From Eledone cirrhosa (lineage: Eukaryota), in the NCBI GenBank assembly GCA_964016885.1, contig OZ024740.1:386818001-386882000 (forward strand): a DNA stretch of 64,000 nt, in the 5' to 3' direction. The position numbers were made by a program, and so were the translations under genes. Positions 51,641 to 63,873 of this stretch are shown here, piece after piece. Position 1 is the first letter of the stretch. Each line of letters begins with the position of its first letter. The notes under the pieces were generated by a model. The model did not search any database and was not told the origin of the DNA. It saw only the letters and a program-made list of their open reading frames with translations.

Positions 51641-52683
51641 GAAACTCAACTCGTGAGTGTGATGTATTATACACGAAACAAGAAACAATTAGATATTCTT
51701 TCAGTGTTAAAGACAGGACCAATCTCTTTATGAATATCTGTACTTTTTTTATATTAAGGTTCATATATATTTTTTAAGATTCTAAGTAATGCTTTTATCC
51801 TTTTTATATCTTGTAAAAATGGTTCCGCGTTCTTTAGTGTAGAAACAACATTAAGCTTTGTCTCCAAAGAGTTAAACTAAATATTATAAAAATTATAGCA
51901 GTCAATATTTTCTGTAAACTCCAGCACTTTCCCACTCTTATGAAAATAAAATACAGAGTAAATACACGAAATCTAAAAGAAATTCAGGGTAAGCTAGTGA
52001 AAATTACTGTTAATTTTAAGAAAGGGATACGTCGCTTTACTGACATTAGCCATGAAGCATGCAGGGGAGATAACTTCATAGGATAATATGGACAATGAAG
52101 ATTGAAGTGCATCTGGTCTATAAATTAACTGATGAAAGCAATACGTGTTTTAATTTTAGACCGAAGTGATGCGTATTTTACTCAGTTGGCAAGACTAATA
52201 GTGATCAATATGTATATATGTGATATGTGTAGAAATTGAAGAAATGTAGAGACATTGTTTATGAGTATGAACAATATGGCTTAGGGAAATATTTCAAAGG
52301 AACGTTCAGCCTACTAAATAAAAATGCAATAGGATCTCGCATATGTAATATGATTGATATTTTTTTTAATTCACTATATTACATATTTTAAATATTAGAG
52401 AAAACAGAGTTGCTCAGTAGCATAACAAAATGACTAATAAAAATAATATATAGGATATATAGGGAGCAGCATCTGTTAGGGCAAGACGTGTTTTCTTGGG
52501 CTCTGCTAGAGTCAGCAGCAACACACAACCACGTGTTGCTACACACACACAAGAGGAAAGAGAAAATTTAAAATTTATGAGACCAATAGAGATATGTACA
52601 TTTATATATTTATATCTAGATATTGCTATTATCATTTACAGTCCCTCTGTGTTTAATGTATGTTCATTAGTATATGTGTTGTT

Positions 52684-52974
52684 ATTTCTGCTTGCATTTT
52701 GCATATATCTATATATATGCTTGCGTGGACCCCTCTCAAAAATTCGTTGGATTTTCTAATTGGATACCCTAACACTGGATACCAACACTGAATACACCTG
52801 AACTTCTACCAGGAAATCTTTCGTTGTCATTTCTGCTTGCATTTTACATATATAGATATATATATCAATGGTTGCGTGGACCCCTCTTAAAGATTCGTTG
52901 GATTTTCTAATTGGATACCCCGAAACTGGATACCAATCACTGAATACACCTGAACTTCTACCAGGAAATCTTTC
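52684..52974 (+). repeat. Two tandem copies of a ~140-bp unit
   Basis: atttctgcttgcatttt...cttctaccaggaaatctttc occurs twice. Confidence 0.9.
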
Positions 52975-53304
52975 ATATCAGTGAAAATTTTCTTTTCTTT
53001 GCTTCATATATATATATTATATATACTTGTCCGCCATTGCAAAAGGCCATCAATTCAAAATTTTGAAGAGAGAGGAAAAGAGAGAAGTGATCTATGAACT
53101 TGTAACATCTCACTGACCCCCCCCCCCCCCCCCCGTCACCACACTAACAATAACGCCTACACTCGCTCCCCACCATCACCACATTACTCTAAGGTCGCTG
53201 TCCTGTCCCCTGTTGACATACTGCTGACTCTCTTTTGATGTATGTATGTGTATATACATATGTGTATGTGTGTGTATATGTATATCTCAGTGGATGCGAC
53301 CAGA

Positions 53305-53745
53305 TTTCAACACAGCAACAACTACAACAACAACAGCAGCAACACCAACAACAACAACAGCAACAACACCATCGTCTGTGTTGAATGTGTGTGTATGTAT
53401 TTGTATATATGCGACAGCAATAACAGCATCAACACCATTGTCTGCAGCAACAGCAGCAGTGAAATGAAGGACAACAACAACAGTAACAACTACAATAACA
53501 ACTACAGCACCAACAACTGCCACCACCATCACTGACCATCCACCACCACCACGCTGATACCATCCACCACCACCACACTGACACCATCCACCACCGCCAT
53601 TACCAGCGTAAACAAACAATTATTATTGTTATTGTTATTATATACAAGCCGAACTGGACTGGGAAAGGTCAACAGTTGACATGATAGTGATTTTGACGAT
53701 TTTGATTTTGATTTTGATTTTGACTTTGATTTTGATTTTGTATCA
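53305..53745. repeat. Compound simple repeats: (CAA/CAG)n, (CAC)n, (GATTTT)n
   Basis: Directly visible. Confidence 0.85.
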
Positions 53746-53897
53746 GTACTGTCGGTAATATATGTATATATATATATATGTTTGTGAGTGGTGTGCGTGA
53801 TTGTATGCATGAATGAGTGTTGGTATGTGTGGTTGTGGTTTGTATGCATGAGTATTAGTGTGTGAGTCGTGTCAATAAGTTTCCTTTTTTTTTTTTT

Positions 53898-56800
53898 TTT
53901 TTTTTTAATGACCATGCTGTAAAATGGAGGGGTAGAGAGGGCCCTTGAGTCTAGTAAGACATCCTCTCTAGTGCTGGTGGCACAAATAAAAGCACCCAGT
54001 CCATGCTGTAAAGTGGCGCTGGTGTTAGGAAGGGCATCCAACCAGTGTATCAATGCCAAAAAGCTTATCAGCACAGCAACAAAACAGCATAGAAAAATAT
54101 GAAGACGTCGCATCTCAGAGTTGCAACACTTAATGTTGGCACTCTCGGAGGTAGGTCTGCTGAAATAGCGGAGATGCTGGAGAGAAGGCAGGTGGATGTG
54201 TGCTGCGTGCAAGAGGTGAGATGGAGGGGTGCCTCTGCGAGACTAGTCGTAGGCAAGCGTCTTAGCTATAAGCTATTCTGGGTAGGTAAGGATGATGGGT
54301 TAGGGGGAGTAGGCATTTTCCTGGCTGAGAAATGGATCAATAAGACAATAGAGGTAGTTCGAGTTAGTAATCGAATAATTAAGCTTAGATTAGTTGTAGG
54401 TAGGAGACTACTGACAATCATCTCGGTCTATGCTCCCCAAGCAGGCCTAGGCAAAGATGAGAAAGACTGCTTTTATGAGCAACTTTTGCAAACAACCACA
54501 ATGACAGAGGACGGAGACATCGTTATGCTAGCAGGAGACTTCAATGGTCATGTTGGACAGCTCCAGGATGGTTACACTGGGGTACATGGTGGGCACGGTT
54601 ACGGTTCAAGAAATGAAGAAGGAGTGAGACTTCTTGAATTTTGTGATGCAAGTACATTGACTATTTGCAACACAAACTTCCAGAAACCTGCCAATCACCT
54701 AATAACCTACAAATCTGGTGAGCACATAAGCCAGATTGACTTCCTGCTAGTTAGGCAGCGGGACAGGCAGATAGTGTCTAATACCAAGGCATACCCTGGG
54801 GAAGAATGTACCCCACAGCATAGGTTAGTTGTTAGTGATATCTCAGTAAGCAAGAGATGGAATGAGACATATAGGAAGGTGTGGAGAAGAAAGGTCTGGA
54901 AGCTAAAAGACCTTTCACTAAAATTCAAATTTAGGAAAGCCCTTCAAGATGTATATGACGAAAAAGAAGACGATTTAGAGACGTATGACATAGATAATAA
55001 CTGGAAGTTCTTACGTCACAACTTGCTGAAGGCTACTGATGAAACCTGTGGCTGGAGCAGAGCTCCAACCAGACAGAGAGTGACCTGGTGGTGGAACAGC
55101 AGTGTAGATAAGGCTATTAGAGACAAAAGACTAGCATGGAAGGCTTGGAATAAGGGTGGGAGTAGGGAAGAATATACAGCCACTAAGAGAGAAGCTAGAC
55201 GTCAGGTGTACTTAGCACGCAGGGAGGCAGAGAGTAGGAGGTTTGCCAATGTTCTGCGACGGGAAGATCAGAGGCGTGCGGTGTTCCACATTGCAAGGCA
55301 GTGTGTCAATGCAAATCAGGATGTTGTTGGTGATAAATGTGTCCGGGATGATGCCGGTGTACTTAGTGTCACGAATGACCAGAAAAAGGAGGCCTGGAAA
55401 TGTCATTATGAGAGACTGATGAATGTGGAGAACGAATGGGAGAGAGAGAAATTACCCTTGGTAGATCCGACAGAGGGACCAGCTATTGAGATTGACGAAT
55501 ATAGGGTCCAAGAGGCGATTAGGGAAATGAAAAATGGTAAGGCGGCCGGACCATCGGGAATAGTTGCTGAGATGCTGAAGGCATCAGGGGACGTAGGCAC
55601 TAAACTGGTTGCACGCATAATCAATCATGCTATATATGGTGGTGTCATACCCAAAGACTGGTGCAGCAGTATTCTCATAAATTGCTACAAAGGTAAAGGG
55701 GATGCTTTGGAGAGGAGCAATTATAGGGGTATAAAACTGATAGATCAGGTTATGAAAGTGGCAGAAAGGATTCTAGCACAACTAATTAGAGAAAGGGTCA
55801 AACTAGATGAGATGCAGTTTGGTTTTGTGCCTGGGAAGAGTACAACAGATGCCCTCTTCTTGGTGAGACAAATGCAAGAGAGGTTCTTAGAGAAGAATAA
55901 GCCACTATACTTAGCCTTTGTTGACCTAGAGAAGGCCTTTGATAGGGTACCCCGATCTGTCATCTGGTGGTCCCTAAGGAAGCTGGGTGTTGAGGAATGG
56001 CTTGTAAGGACAGTGCAAACTTTGTACAGAGGTACTCTCAGTAAAGTCAGGGTAGGAATGGAGTTTAGTGAGGAATTCCAGATACAAGTAGGAGTACATC
56101 AGGGTTCGGTCCTCAGCCCGCTCTTGTTCATTATAGTCCTCCAAGCCATAACAGAGGAGTTTAAGACTGGCTGTCCATGGGAACTTCTCTATGCTGACGA
56201 TCTGGCTCTTATGGCAGAATCAGTAGAGGAGCTAGAGAATAAATTCCGGCTATGGAAACAGCAGTTGGAAGCAAGAGGACTGAGAGTAAATCTAGCTAAG
56301 ACAAAAGTGTTGATGAGTAGAAAAGAGGACAAAACCCTGATTCCGTCAGGGAAATGGCCATGTTCGATATGCAGAAAAGGAACTGGCATAAATTCTATAA
56401 AATGCACACAATGTAGGTCCTGGGTACACAAGAGATGTAGCGGGATAGCAGGCAAACTAACAGGTAGGGAGAAATATGTATGCAGTAGATGTACAGGGAA
56501 ATTAGACAGTAGAAGTCGCACTGATAGACACATTTTTCAAATGCGAGAGGGCGCTATAGAAGTGGTGGATAGCTTCCGGTACCTAGGAGATCAGATTAGC
56601 ATGGGAGGAGGGTGTTCCGAGGCCATAGTATCTAGAATAAGGACGGGTTGGAAGAAGTTTAGGGAGCTGCTTCCTCTGTTGACGAAGAAGGGTTTCTCCC
56701 TGCGTACGAAAGGCCGGTTGTATGATGCCTGTGTGAGGAGCGCGATGCTGCATGGTAGTGAGACATGGGCAGCTACCGCAGAAGATATGCGACGGCTGGA

Positions 56801-57195
56801 GAGAAATGAGGCAAGCATGCTCCGTTGGATGTGCAGTGTAAATGTGCGTGAACGACCCAGCATAAATGTGTTGAGAGAGAAACTGTGTCTGAGAGGGATA
56901 GTATGTAGTGTACGGGAGAGGAGACTGAGGTGGTATGGACATGTGATGCGCATGGAGGATGACCGATGGGTGAAGAAGTGCCAGGAAATGCCAGTTGAAG
57001 GAAGACGTGGTAGAGGTAGACCACGAAAAACATGGGCGGAGGTGGTGAGAACAGACCTCAGATCATTGAAGCTCACGGTGGAGATGACGAGGGACCGTGA
57101 CGAGTGGAGAGATGCTGTGCTGAATAAGACCCGTCCCACCCTTGCAAGCAGGGAAAAGCGGACGTAAAATGATGATGATGATGATGATGATGATG
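53898..57195 (+). mobile_element. Full-length-ORF RTE LINE (subfamily C) in CLNS1A intron 2, sense orientation
   Basis: Single ORF, 3' stem-loop and (GAT)n tail at 57170-57195. The 5' boundary is approximate and no TSD was found. Confidence 0.9.
54099..57167 (+). CDS. RTE-clade non-LTR retrotransposon ORF: APE endonuclease plus reverse transcriptase, with a PHD-like insert; uninterrupted 1022 aa
   Basis: APE motifs TLNVGTL, QEVRW, SVYAP, GDFNGH, QIDF, PQH. RT motifs NYRGIKL, DLEKAFD, QGSVLSP, YADD, FRYLG. RTE C-terminus RLRWYGHV...GRPRKTW. Confidence 0.97.
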   Translation: MKTSHLRVATLNVGTLGGRSAEIAEMLERRQVDVCCVQEVRWRGASARLVVGKRLSYKLFWVGKDDGLGGVGIFLAEKWINKTIEVVRVSNRIIKLRLVVGRRLLTIISVYAPQAGLGKDEKDCFYEQLLQTTTMTEDGDIVMLAGDFNGHVGQLQDGYTGVHGGHGYGSRNEEGVRLLEFCDASTLTICNTNFQKPANHLITYKSGEHISQIDFLLVRQRDRQIVSNTKAYPGEECTPQHRLVVSDISVSKRWNETYRKVWRRKVWKLKDLSLKFKFRKALQDVYDEKEDDLETYDIDNNWKFLRHNLLKATDETCGWSRAPTRQRVTWWWNSSVDKAIRDKRLAWKAWNKGGSREEYTATKREARRQVYLARREAESRRFANVLRREDQRRAVFHIARQCVNANQDVVGDKCVRDDAGVLSVTNDQKKEAWKCHYERLMNVENEWEREKLPLVDPTEGPAIEIDEYRVQEAIREMKNGKAAGPSGIVAEMLKASGDVGTKLVARIINHAIYGGVIPKDWCSSILINCYKGKGDALERSNYRGIKLIDQVMKVAERILAQLIRERVKLDEMQFGFVPGKSTTDALFLVRQMQERFLEKNKPLYLAFVDLEKAFDRVPRSVIWWSLRKLGVEEWLVRTVQTLYRGTLSKVRVGMEFSEEFQIQVGVHQGSVLSPLLFIIVLQAITEEFKTGCPWELLYADDLALMAESVEELENKFRLWKQQLEARGLRVNLAKTKVLMSRKEDKTLIPSGKWPCSICRKGTGINSIKCTQCRSWVHKRCSGIAGKLTGREKYVCSRCTGKLDSRSRTDRHIFQMREGAIEVVDSFRYLGDQISMGGGCSEAIVSRIRTGWKKFRELLPLLTKKGFSLRTKGRLYDACVRSAMLHGSETWAATAEDMRRLERNEASMLRWMCSVNVRERPSINVLREKLCLRGIVCSVRERRLRWYGHVMRMEDDRWVKKCQEMPVEGRRGRGRPRKTWAEVVRTDLRSLKLTVEMTRDRDEWRDAVLNKTRPTLASREKRT

Positions 57196-57260
57196 TCCAT
57201 GTGATCTTTCACCTAGCACCTTAATTTTTTAATTCCTAAATTTATTTTTTTGTTTTATAG

Positions 57261-57350
57261 AGGATGACAGAAACAATGAAAACCAGGCAGATGATGATGA
57301 TGATGATGATGTGACTGAGTTACATTTAGTACCTCAAGATGCAAATGCAT
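57261..57350 (+). CDS. CLNS1A: CLNS1A exon 3 (EDDRNNENQADDDDDDDVTELHLVPQDANA), first acidic domain
   Basis: Acceptor ttttatAG and donor T|GTAAGT; 90 nt, phase preserved. Acidic tract followed by the TE...VP.D motif. Confidence 0.92.
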
Positions 57351-57458
57351 GTAAGTGTTAAAAGTCATGTCATGTACTGTACAACTGAATGTTAAAGATC
57401 TTTCATTTGAGTTAATTTGAAGAAGTTTGGAGCCTCAAACTATTTTTTTCTCTTGCAG

Positions 57459-57560
57459 TAAATTTAATATTCCAAACACTTTCAACTTGTTCCGCCCTGC
57501 ATCCTGATGAAAACCAATTGATAGATTCGGAATTTGAAGATGTAGATGAGGAAGATGAGA
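57459..57560 (+). CDS. CLNS1A: CLNS1A exon 4 (LNLIFQTLSTCSALHPDENQLIDSEFEDVDEEDE)
   Basis: Acceptor tcttgcAG and donor A|GTAAGA. Conserved F..L..C.ALHPD motif followed by a second acidic tract. Confidence 0.95.
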
Positions 57561-57914
57561 GTAAGATGACTTATGCTTTAAAAATAACTTTTTGCAGGTT
57601 TTTATAGCTTCAAATCCATTCTTTGTTTCTATCAGTTATTAGGTGTATTCTTCATGCCACAAGCAATTGTGAGGTTGTCTGTCAGGACTTAAAAGTCCTC
57701 TCCATCTTGTATCAGTTTTTATTCAGAGGATCTGCTCTCCTAGATGGGTTGCTTTTCACTATCATTTATGGAGCATACATGTATCCCATGCAGTCTTGTT
57801 TATTTGGAGCAACAGCCCTCTTAGATAAGTTACCTTCAATGTAACTTATGGAGCCCACGTCCTGTTTCATTATTATTTTCTTTCTTTATATTAATTATTA
57901 TTATTTTCTTTTAG

Positions 57915-58052
57915 CTGATGAAGCTGCTGACTATGAAGATAGTGCCAACATTCTTTCAAACTTGTCTCTCCAAGGCCAAGAAACTTTACAGCATCTAGAA
58001 AATATTTTCATAGACAGTAGTTGTTCTACAAATGGTGTTGTACTAACTACAG
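57915..58052 (+). CDS. CLNS1A: CLNS1A exon 5 (TDEAADYEDSANILSNLSLQGQETLQHLENIFIDSSCSTNGVVLTT)
   Basis: Acceptor ttcttttAG; L..QGQ.TL..LE motif typical of pICln; donor CAG|GTATTT. The exact donor is less certain than the others. Confidence 0.85.
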
Positions 58053-59004
58053 GTATTTTATAATTTCATCTATCATTAAATAATTCAATTCATCATCATC
58101 ATGTTTCCATACTAGCAAAGGTAGGACAGATCATCTCAGGCAGACAAGGCGTTGCATCTCGCTTACATAAACTCCCGCATTCTGCATTTGGTGCTTTTCA
58201 TTATGACACCTGCACTAGGAAATTTATCATGTCTTTGACATAACTGAAGAGTCTTCTTGGTCTCTTGTTTGGTAAGTTTTTTTTAAGGCTGAATGTCCTT
58301 CCTATTACCAGCCACTTTACAGAGTGTACTGGGTGCATTTATCATGTAGATCACCATCACCAGAGAGGTTGTTGTGCCCTTGCCACAACTGAAGTGTCCT
58401 CTCAATCATTTTTTAGCATGGTTTCTACAGTGGGATGCCATTCCTTTGACAACCACCTTACAGGGTGTACTGGATTCATTTTTGAAACACCAATACCAGA
58501 GAAGTCGCTTATTGGTTCAATTGAAGAGCATTCTCTACTCTAGGAGAGGAATAGGACAGGTGTAGTGTGAAAGATGGTAAATGTGATGTAATGGAATGGG
58601 TGTATGACAAGTAAGAGGGGTGAGAAAGTATAAGTTTAGTGGGATTTGATGCGGTGATGAATTAGAGGGGAGGGGGGCTACTGTTATAATGAGACCAGTT
58701 ACTACGGAGTTATGATTGGTGTGTAAGGAGTAAAGAGGAGTGTTTCCAGAAGATTTACTTGAATTGTATGTATTGTGTATTTCAAGGCAGTAGTGTTGGT
58801 GCCACAAAAAAAATCATCCAGCCCATTCTATAAGGTGGTAGTGCCAGAGGCATGATAAACTACTAGTACACATAATAAAGGGATTGGCATTAGGAAGGGC
58901 ATCCAGCCATAGAAACCAAGTCGAAAATGGAGCGTATGAGCAAGATGTAGTCACCTGACCTATGTAGCCTCAGTACATGACGACACTGCTAACCCAAGCA
59001 ATAA

Positions 59005-59612
59005 TCTCCTTATAATATATAACCAGCAATTTGTCTGTCTGTCCGACAGTGGAAACACGTGCGCGCGTGGTTGCTATCTCTCTCTCTCTCTCTCCAGCTA
59101 TCCCTCTCTTTTAATCTGTCTGTTTCTCTCACTCTTTCTCTTTGTAACACACTAACATTTCTCCCCTCTATCGCTGTGACGAATGGGGAGATGGAGGAGG
59201 AGAGAGTCACTTCGTCACTTCACCTCTGCCTTTCTTTCTCTCCCCTCTCACTCCCTCATTACGTACAGACATTAGGGCGGTGGATTGGCAGAATCTGTAG
59301 AGAGTCGGACACCATGCTCCATAGCATGGAGTTACGTCCCTTTACGGTCTAAGTTCAAATACCGCCGAGGTTAACTTTGCCTTTCATCCTCACGGGGTCG
59401 ATAAAATAAAGTACCAGTAATGTACTGGGTAATTGCTGGCCTTGTGCCAAAAGTAGAAACAATTATTAGAAACATTGCTTCATTTTTACATATCTAAGCA
59501 TTAGTAAAATAACTAATAATTTCAAAAGTAATTTTTCAATTCCAATTGTTATGAACAGCAAAACATTAATAATAATTTTGTTCTAAGAAATATATATACA
59601 TTTCTGTGTGTG

Positions 59613-59667
<55 letters not shown>

Positions 59668-60208
59668 GAAATATATGGGCATTTCTCTGTTTGTCTGTCT
59701 GTCCTTCCCTAAAACTCAAATGTAGGTGCTACAGAAATATTACCTTCCCCTTCCTTTCTCCACTTTGGTACTACCAAGAGAAACACTGTCGCTATAGAAA
59801 CATTACCTTCCCCTCTCCACTGACTTTGGTCACTGAGGCCGAGGGAATCGCTGGTTGCTATAGAGACACCTTGCACAAGCCAGAAGTAACCAGTTCGAGG
59901 CGGTTCTGACTTGACACCATGCCAAGGACCATTTGAAGATATATTTCCATTCTTATATCATAACGTTTATGTATCATAACGTTTATATTTCCGTCACTAA
60001 TCTCTTTTTCTCCTTTTTCGTTTTAACATATATTTATTTCAAAGATTTCACCGTATAGATAACATATATATTTATACATGCATAAAAGACACACCGAGAG
60101 ACGGTAAACATGTGGTGCCGTAAACATTTCTCATCCAAATCTCAACAATATCAGTATATACACTAGATTTGCTAGCAGAAAACCGCCCACCGGGTGGTTT
60201 TCTGCTAG
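59005..60208 (+). mobile_element. Non-autonomous Helitron(s) in CLNS1A intron 5, with a nested SINE
   Basis: A|TC...TATAATATATAA...TGTCTGTCTGTC 5' signature; 3' hairpin plus CTAG at 60172-60208. Segment 59790-59920 is homologous to 16290-16420 (reverse). It may be two elements. Confidence 0.6.
59274..59467 (+). mobile_element. SINE family A, nested in a Helitron
   Basis: Full unit. Confidence 0.85.
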
Positions 60209-60653
60209 TCTATATATATAAAACTGAGGATGTCTGTCTGTGCGTCTGAGTTTGAATCCCTAAAACTCGAGAAGTACCCAACCGATTTTTTTCAAACTTT
60301 ACATGTGTATTACTTATGTTTCAGGGAGTGTTATGCCTAGGGCCCGCATTAGGTGAAAAACTTCATTTTTTCAGCTTTTTAGGGCTTTACGTCTAGCCGA
60401 TTTTCCCGAAATTTCAAGACATATTATGCACATAAAAAAAATCGTCTTCTTGGTCCCCTAGGGCCCGCATTAGGTGAAAACCTGCATTTTTCCTGCTTCA
60501 TCGAGGAAAATCTTAAAGATTATCCAGCCATCAGAGTATTCGGTTTATTTTCTTTACATATTGTCCAGGCGTGCAGTTTTTCCACGATTAGGTCTGTTGG
60601 CGGCCCATGTTCCAAAATACCTTATCCCGTGCAAAGCCGGATGCCACTGCTAG
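60209..60653 (+). mobile_element. Short non-autonomous Helitron
   Basis: Starts TCTATATATATAAAACTGAGGATGTCTGTCTG; ends ccgtgcaaagccgg...CTAG|T; internal ~35-bp direct repeat. Confidence 0.8.
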
Positions 60654-61259
60654 TAGAAAATAAACATTAAATGATGAGGATGATGGTGTGATGGTTTAAT
60701 GACCTGACTACCCAACTGACAAAATGTTACAACCCTAGCATTACATTTTGCTCATTGGCACAGCATAACATTAATCACTTACACAGCATGAACTAAAATA
60801 ATTTGGTAAATCCCTTAATTTCTGTTGTAAGGACATGATAGATGACTTAGCCTTCATGAAGTTTATCTTGGTCAAATCAGCCTAGAAAAGCCCATGCCTT
60901 CCCAAGCTTTACTCATATGAGTTGAATTTGTCATCTTCATCATCATTTTACATCTGCTTTCTTTGCTGATATGAGTTGGATGGGTTGCCAAGTTAGTACT
61001 ATTTTGTAGTTAACCCCCTCCTAGACAAAAAACAACAACAATGGAATGAGGTAAATAATATTTTGGCACTCCTAATGGCAAGCACCATAAAGTAAGGTAA
61101 ACTCCTACTACAACATCCGATTCCTTAGAGATTGTATATCAGAACATCCTCTTTTCTCTTATTTTCGTTTTAAACATTGAACAACCCAGTAAAAAAATAT
61201 ATATATATATATATTCCAACATTACTAATTTAATGTATTTTTTCCTTGTTGTTTAACAG

Positions 61260-61321
61260 AAGAAAATCAAAATGAAGAACAGCCAATGGAATCTGGACAA
61301 TTTGATGATGCAGACATTTGA
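61260..61321 (+). CDS. CLNS1A: CLNS1A last coding exon (EENQNEEQPMESGQFDDADI*)
   Basis: Acceptor tttaacAG. The C-terminal GQFDDAD matches the pICln GQFEDAD motif; TGA ends at 61321. The six exons sum to 651 nt, in frame. Confidence 0.92.
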
Positions 61322-61483
61322 AAAAGTATTACATGGTGGTACTCATGAACGCATTTCTCCAAATTCACATTAACATTGCCCCAATTCATTAAAGAAAGCT
61401 GCTAATTGATTTACATCAGACAAGAGCTTTTTTATTTTTTGTACTTTTTTTAACCATGACCATCCATTTTAAAGACTCAACAG

Positions 61484-61489
61484 AATAAA
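61484..61489 (+). promoter_or_regulatory. Candidate polyadenylation signal of CLNS1A
   Basis: First AATAAA seen after the stop codon, about 160 nt downstream. Confidence 0.5.
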
Positions 61490-61642
61490 CGAATTTGTTA
61501 TAAAAGAAAATGTGACCCACATTTTTATCATACTAGGAATTTTTTCAACATGCTGACGTGTATGTGCATACATTTATATGTATGCGTATATAAATATAAA
61601 CATGCAAACAGACACACTTGCCAAAATACACACTCAGACATA

Positions 61643-62494
<852 letters not shown>

Positions 62495-62749
62495 TACATT
62501 CACACAAACACATACACACATATACAGCATAACAAATGGAACGCCAGCTGCTATTTTGCTATAGTTTTTTCACCACCCCCTGCCTTCCTTTTACACACAC
62601 ATATATTCATGCAGGCAACAGACATAAAAGGAGGAGCAGTATGAAGTAGTCAAACCACTCCTCTCTCTTTACGTGTTGTGACAGAATCACAGAAATTTAT
62701 ATATAGATTGCAAAACTTCAAGCTATTACAATGGTTTGGGGAATTTATT

Positions 62750-63250
62750 GGTATAAAAATCTACAATCAGCCCACTGACCAAACACTATTTTAATATCCC
62801 AGGATGGCTGAGTGGTTTGAGGCGCCAAACTCAAAGATTTCCTATGTTTGTAAGAATTGTAGAGGTTTATAGTCTATAGAATGAGTATTCAAAGCAACTG
62901 TTGAGTCCATTCGCCTTTACAGATATGAGTTATGGACACTGACAAAAACACTCATATTCATCCAGATACTGAGAAAGGTCCACAACATATCCTTGAAAAC
63001 ACACATAGCAAAAATAGAATCACCCTATGGCTCACACCTTCACCTTTCTGACATAAGATGTAGGAGGTTCATATTAGCCAGACATGTGGCTTCTCTGGAA
63101 ACATGATGTGTGCAGACAATTGGGAGATCAACCACTACACTGAAGGATGTTCTTGATGATATTAGCTTGGAGGCAGAGGAAATTCAGACTGCAATGCTAG
63201 ACAGGATGAGCTGGAAAAAGAACTTTGTCATGGCACCAGTAACAGATGTA
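62750..63250 (+). mobile_element. RTE-X-like LINE 3' relic
   Basis: Decayed sequence with the same layout as 51255-51640 (N.SWK.H, LAxH, AMLDR.SW-like pieces). Confidence 0.5.
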
Positions 63251-63675
63251 TAGATGGAGAAGAATTACTGATATCTCAATTCTGTGTCATCACGCCAGTG
63301 AAGCCTAGAATCCTGAGTTCTGATTTCACTTCTTCCACTATGACTTACTTAGCCACAAATATCTCCTTAATGTTATATGGTGTCCCTAGACAATTATCTC
63401 ACTTTAATTTACAACTCATAATAAGATACATTAGCAGTATGGTAACAATTAATGTGATATATTGGATAATACTCAGTATATTCTTTCTGCAGCCAGCCAG
63501 AGATTTTCATTTCACTGACATCATTTAGAAGACTGCTGCTTTATCAACCAGATGTAGAGAATCCCTGGTTCTCGAAATGATCTGTTGCAGTTACTACTCC
63601 ACTGCTTCACTTACATTAACTGTTGTAAGCAACAATGCATTACTTGATGACAAGTTATTGTTGTGAATGGCTTAA

Positions 63676-63873
63676 CCTTTTAACATTCACATTACTCTCT
63701 ATATACTATTGTATTTTCGTGGTAAACACTTTATCTTACATAATATCGAATCTATGAGATTTTGATATTATTTATTTTGAAAACAATACCTTAACATCAG
63801 TAGAAGTGGCCAGTTACAGCCAGTTTGTACAGAAAAAGATGAGAAAATTCTGGCTGGTTTAAATGCTAAAGGG
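63676..63873. mobile_element. piggyBac-type MITE; partial second copy at about 2293-2421
   Basis: TTAA-ccttttaacatt ... aatgctaaaggg-TTAA. Internal sequence is shared with 2293-2421. Confidence 0.75.

Noticed and set aside
53242-53619. Asn/Thr/Val-rich ORFs
   Set aside because: Trinucleotide repeats.
56189-57139. Antisense ORFs over the RTE copies
   Set aside because: Shadows of the RT frame with no independent motifs.
57196-57215. Target-site duplication for the intact RTE
   Set aside because: No upstream match to the 3' flank was found by eye.
57170-57310. RTE (GAT)n tail close to the (GAT)7 poly-Asp of exon 3
   Set aside because: The acidic tract is a normal pICln feature; there is no evidence it derives from the LINE.
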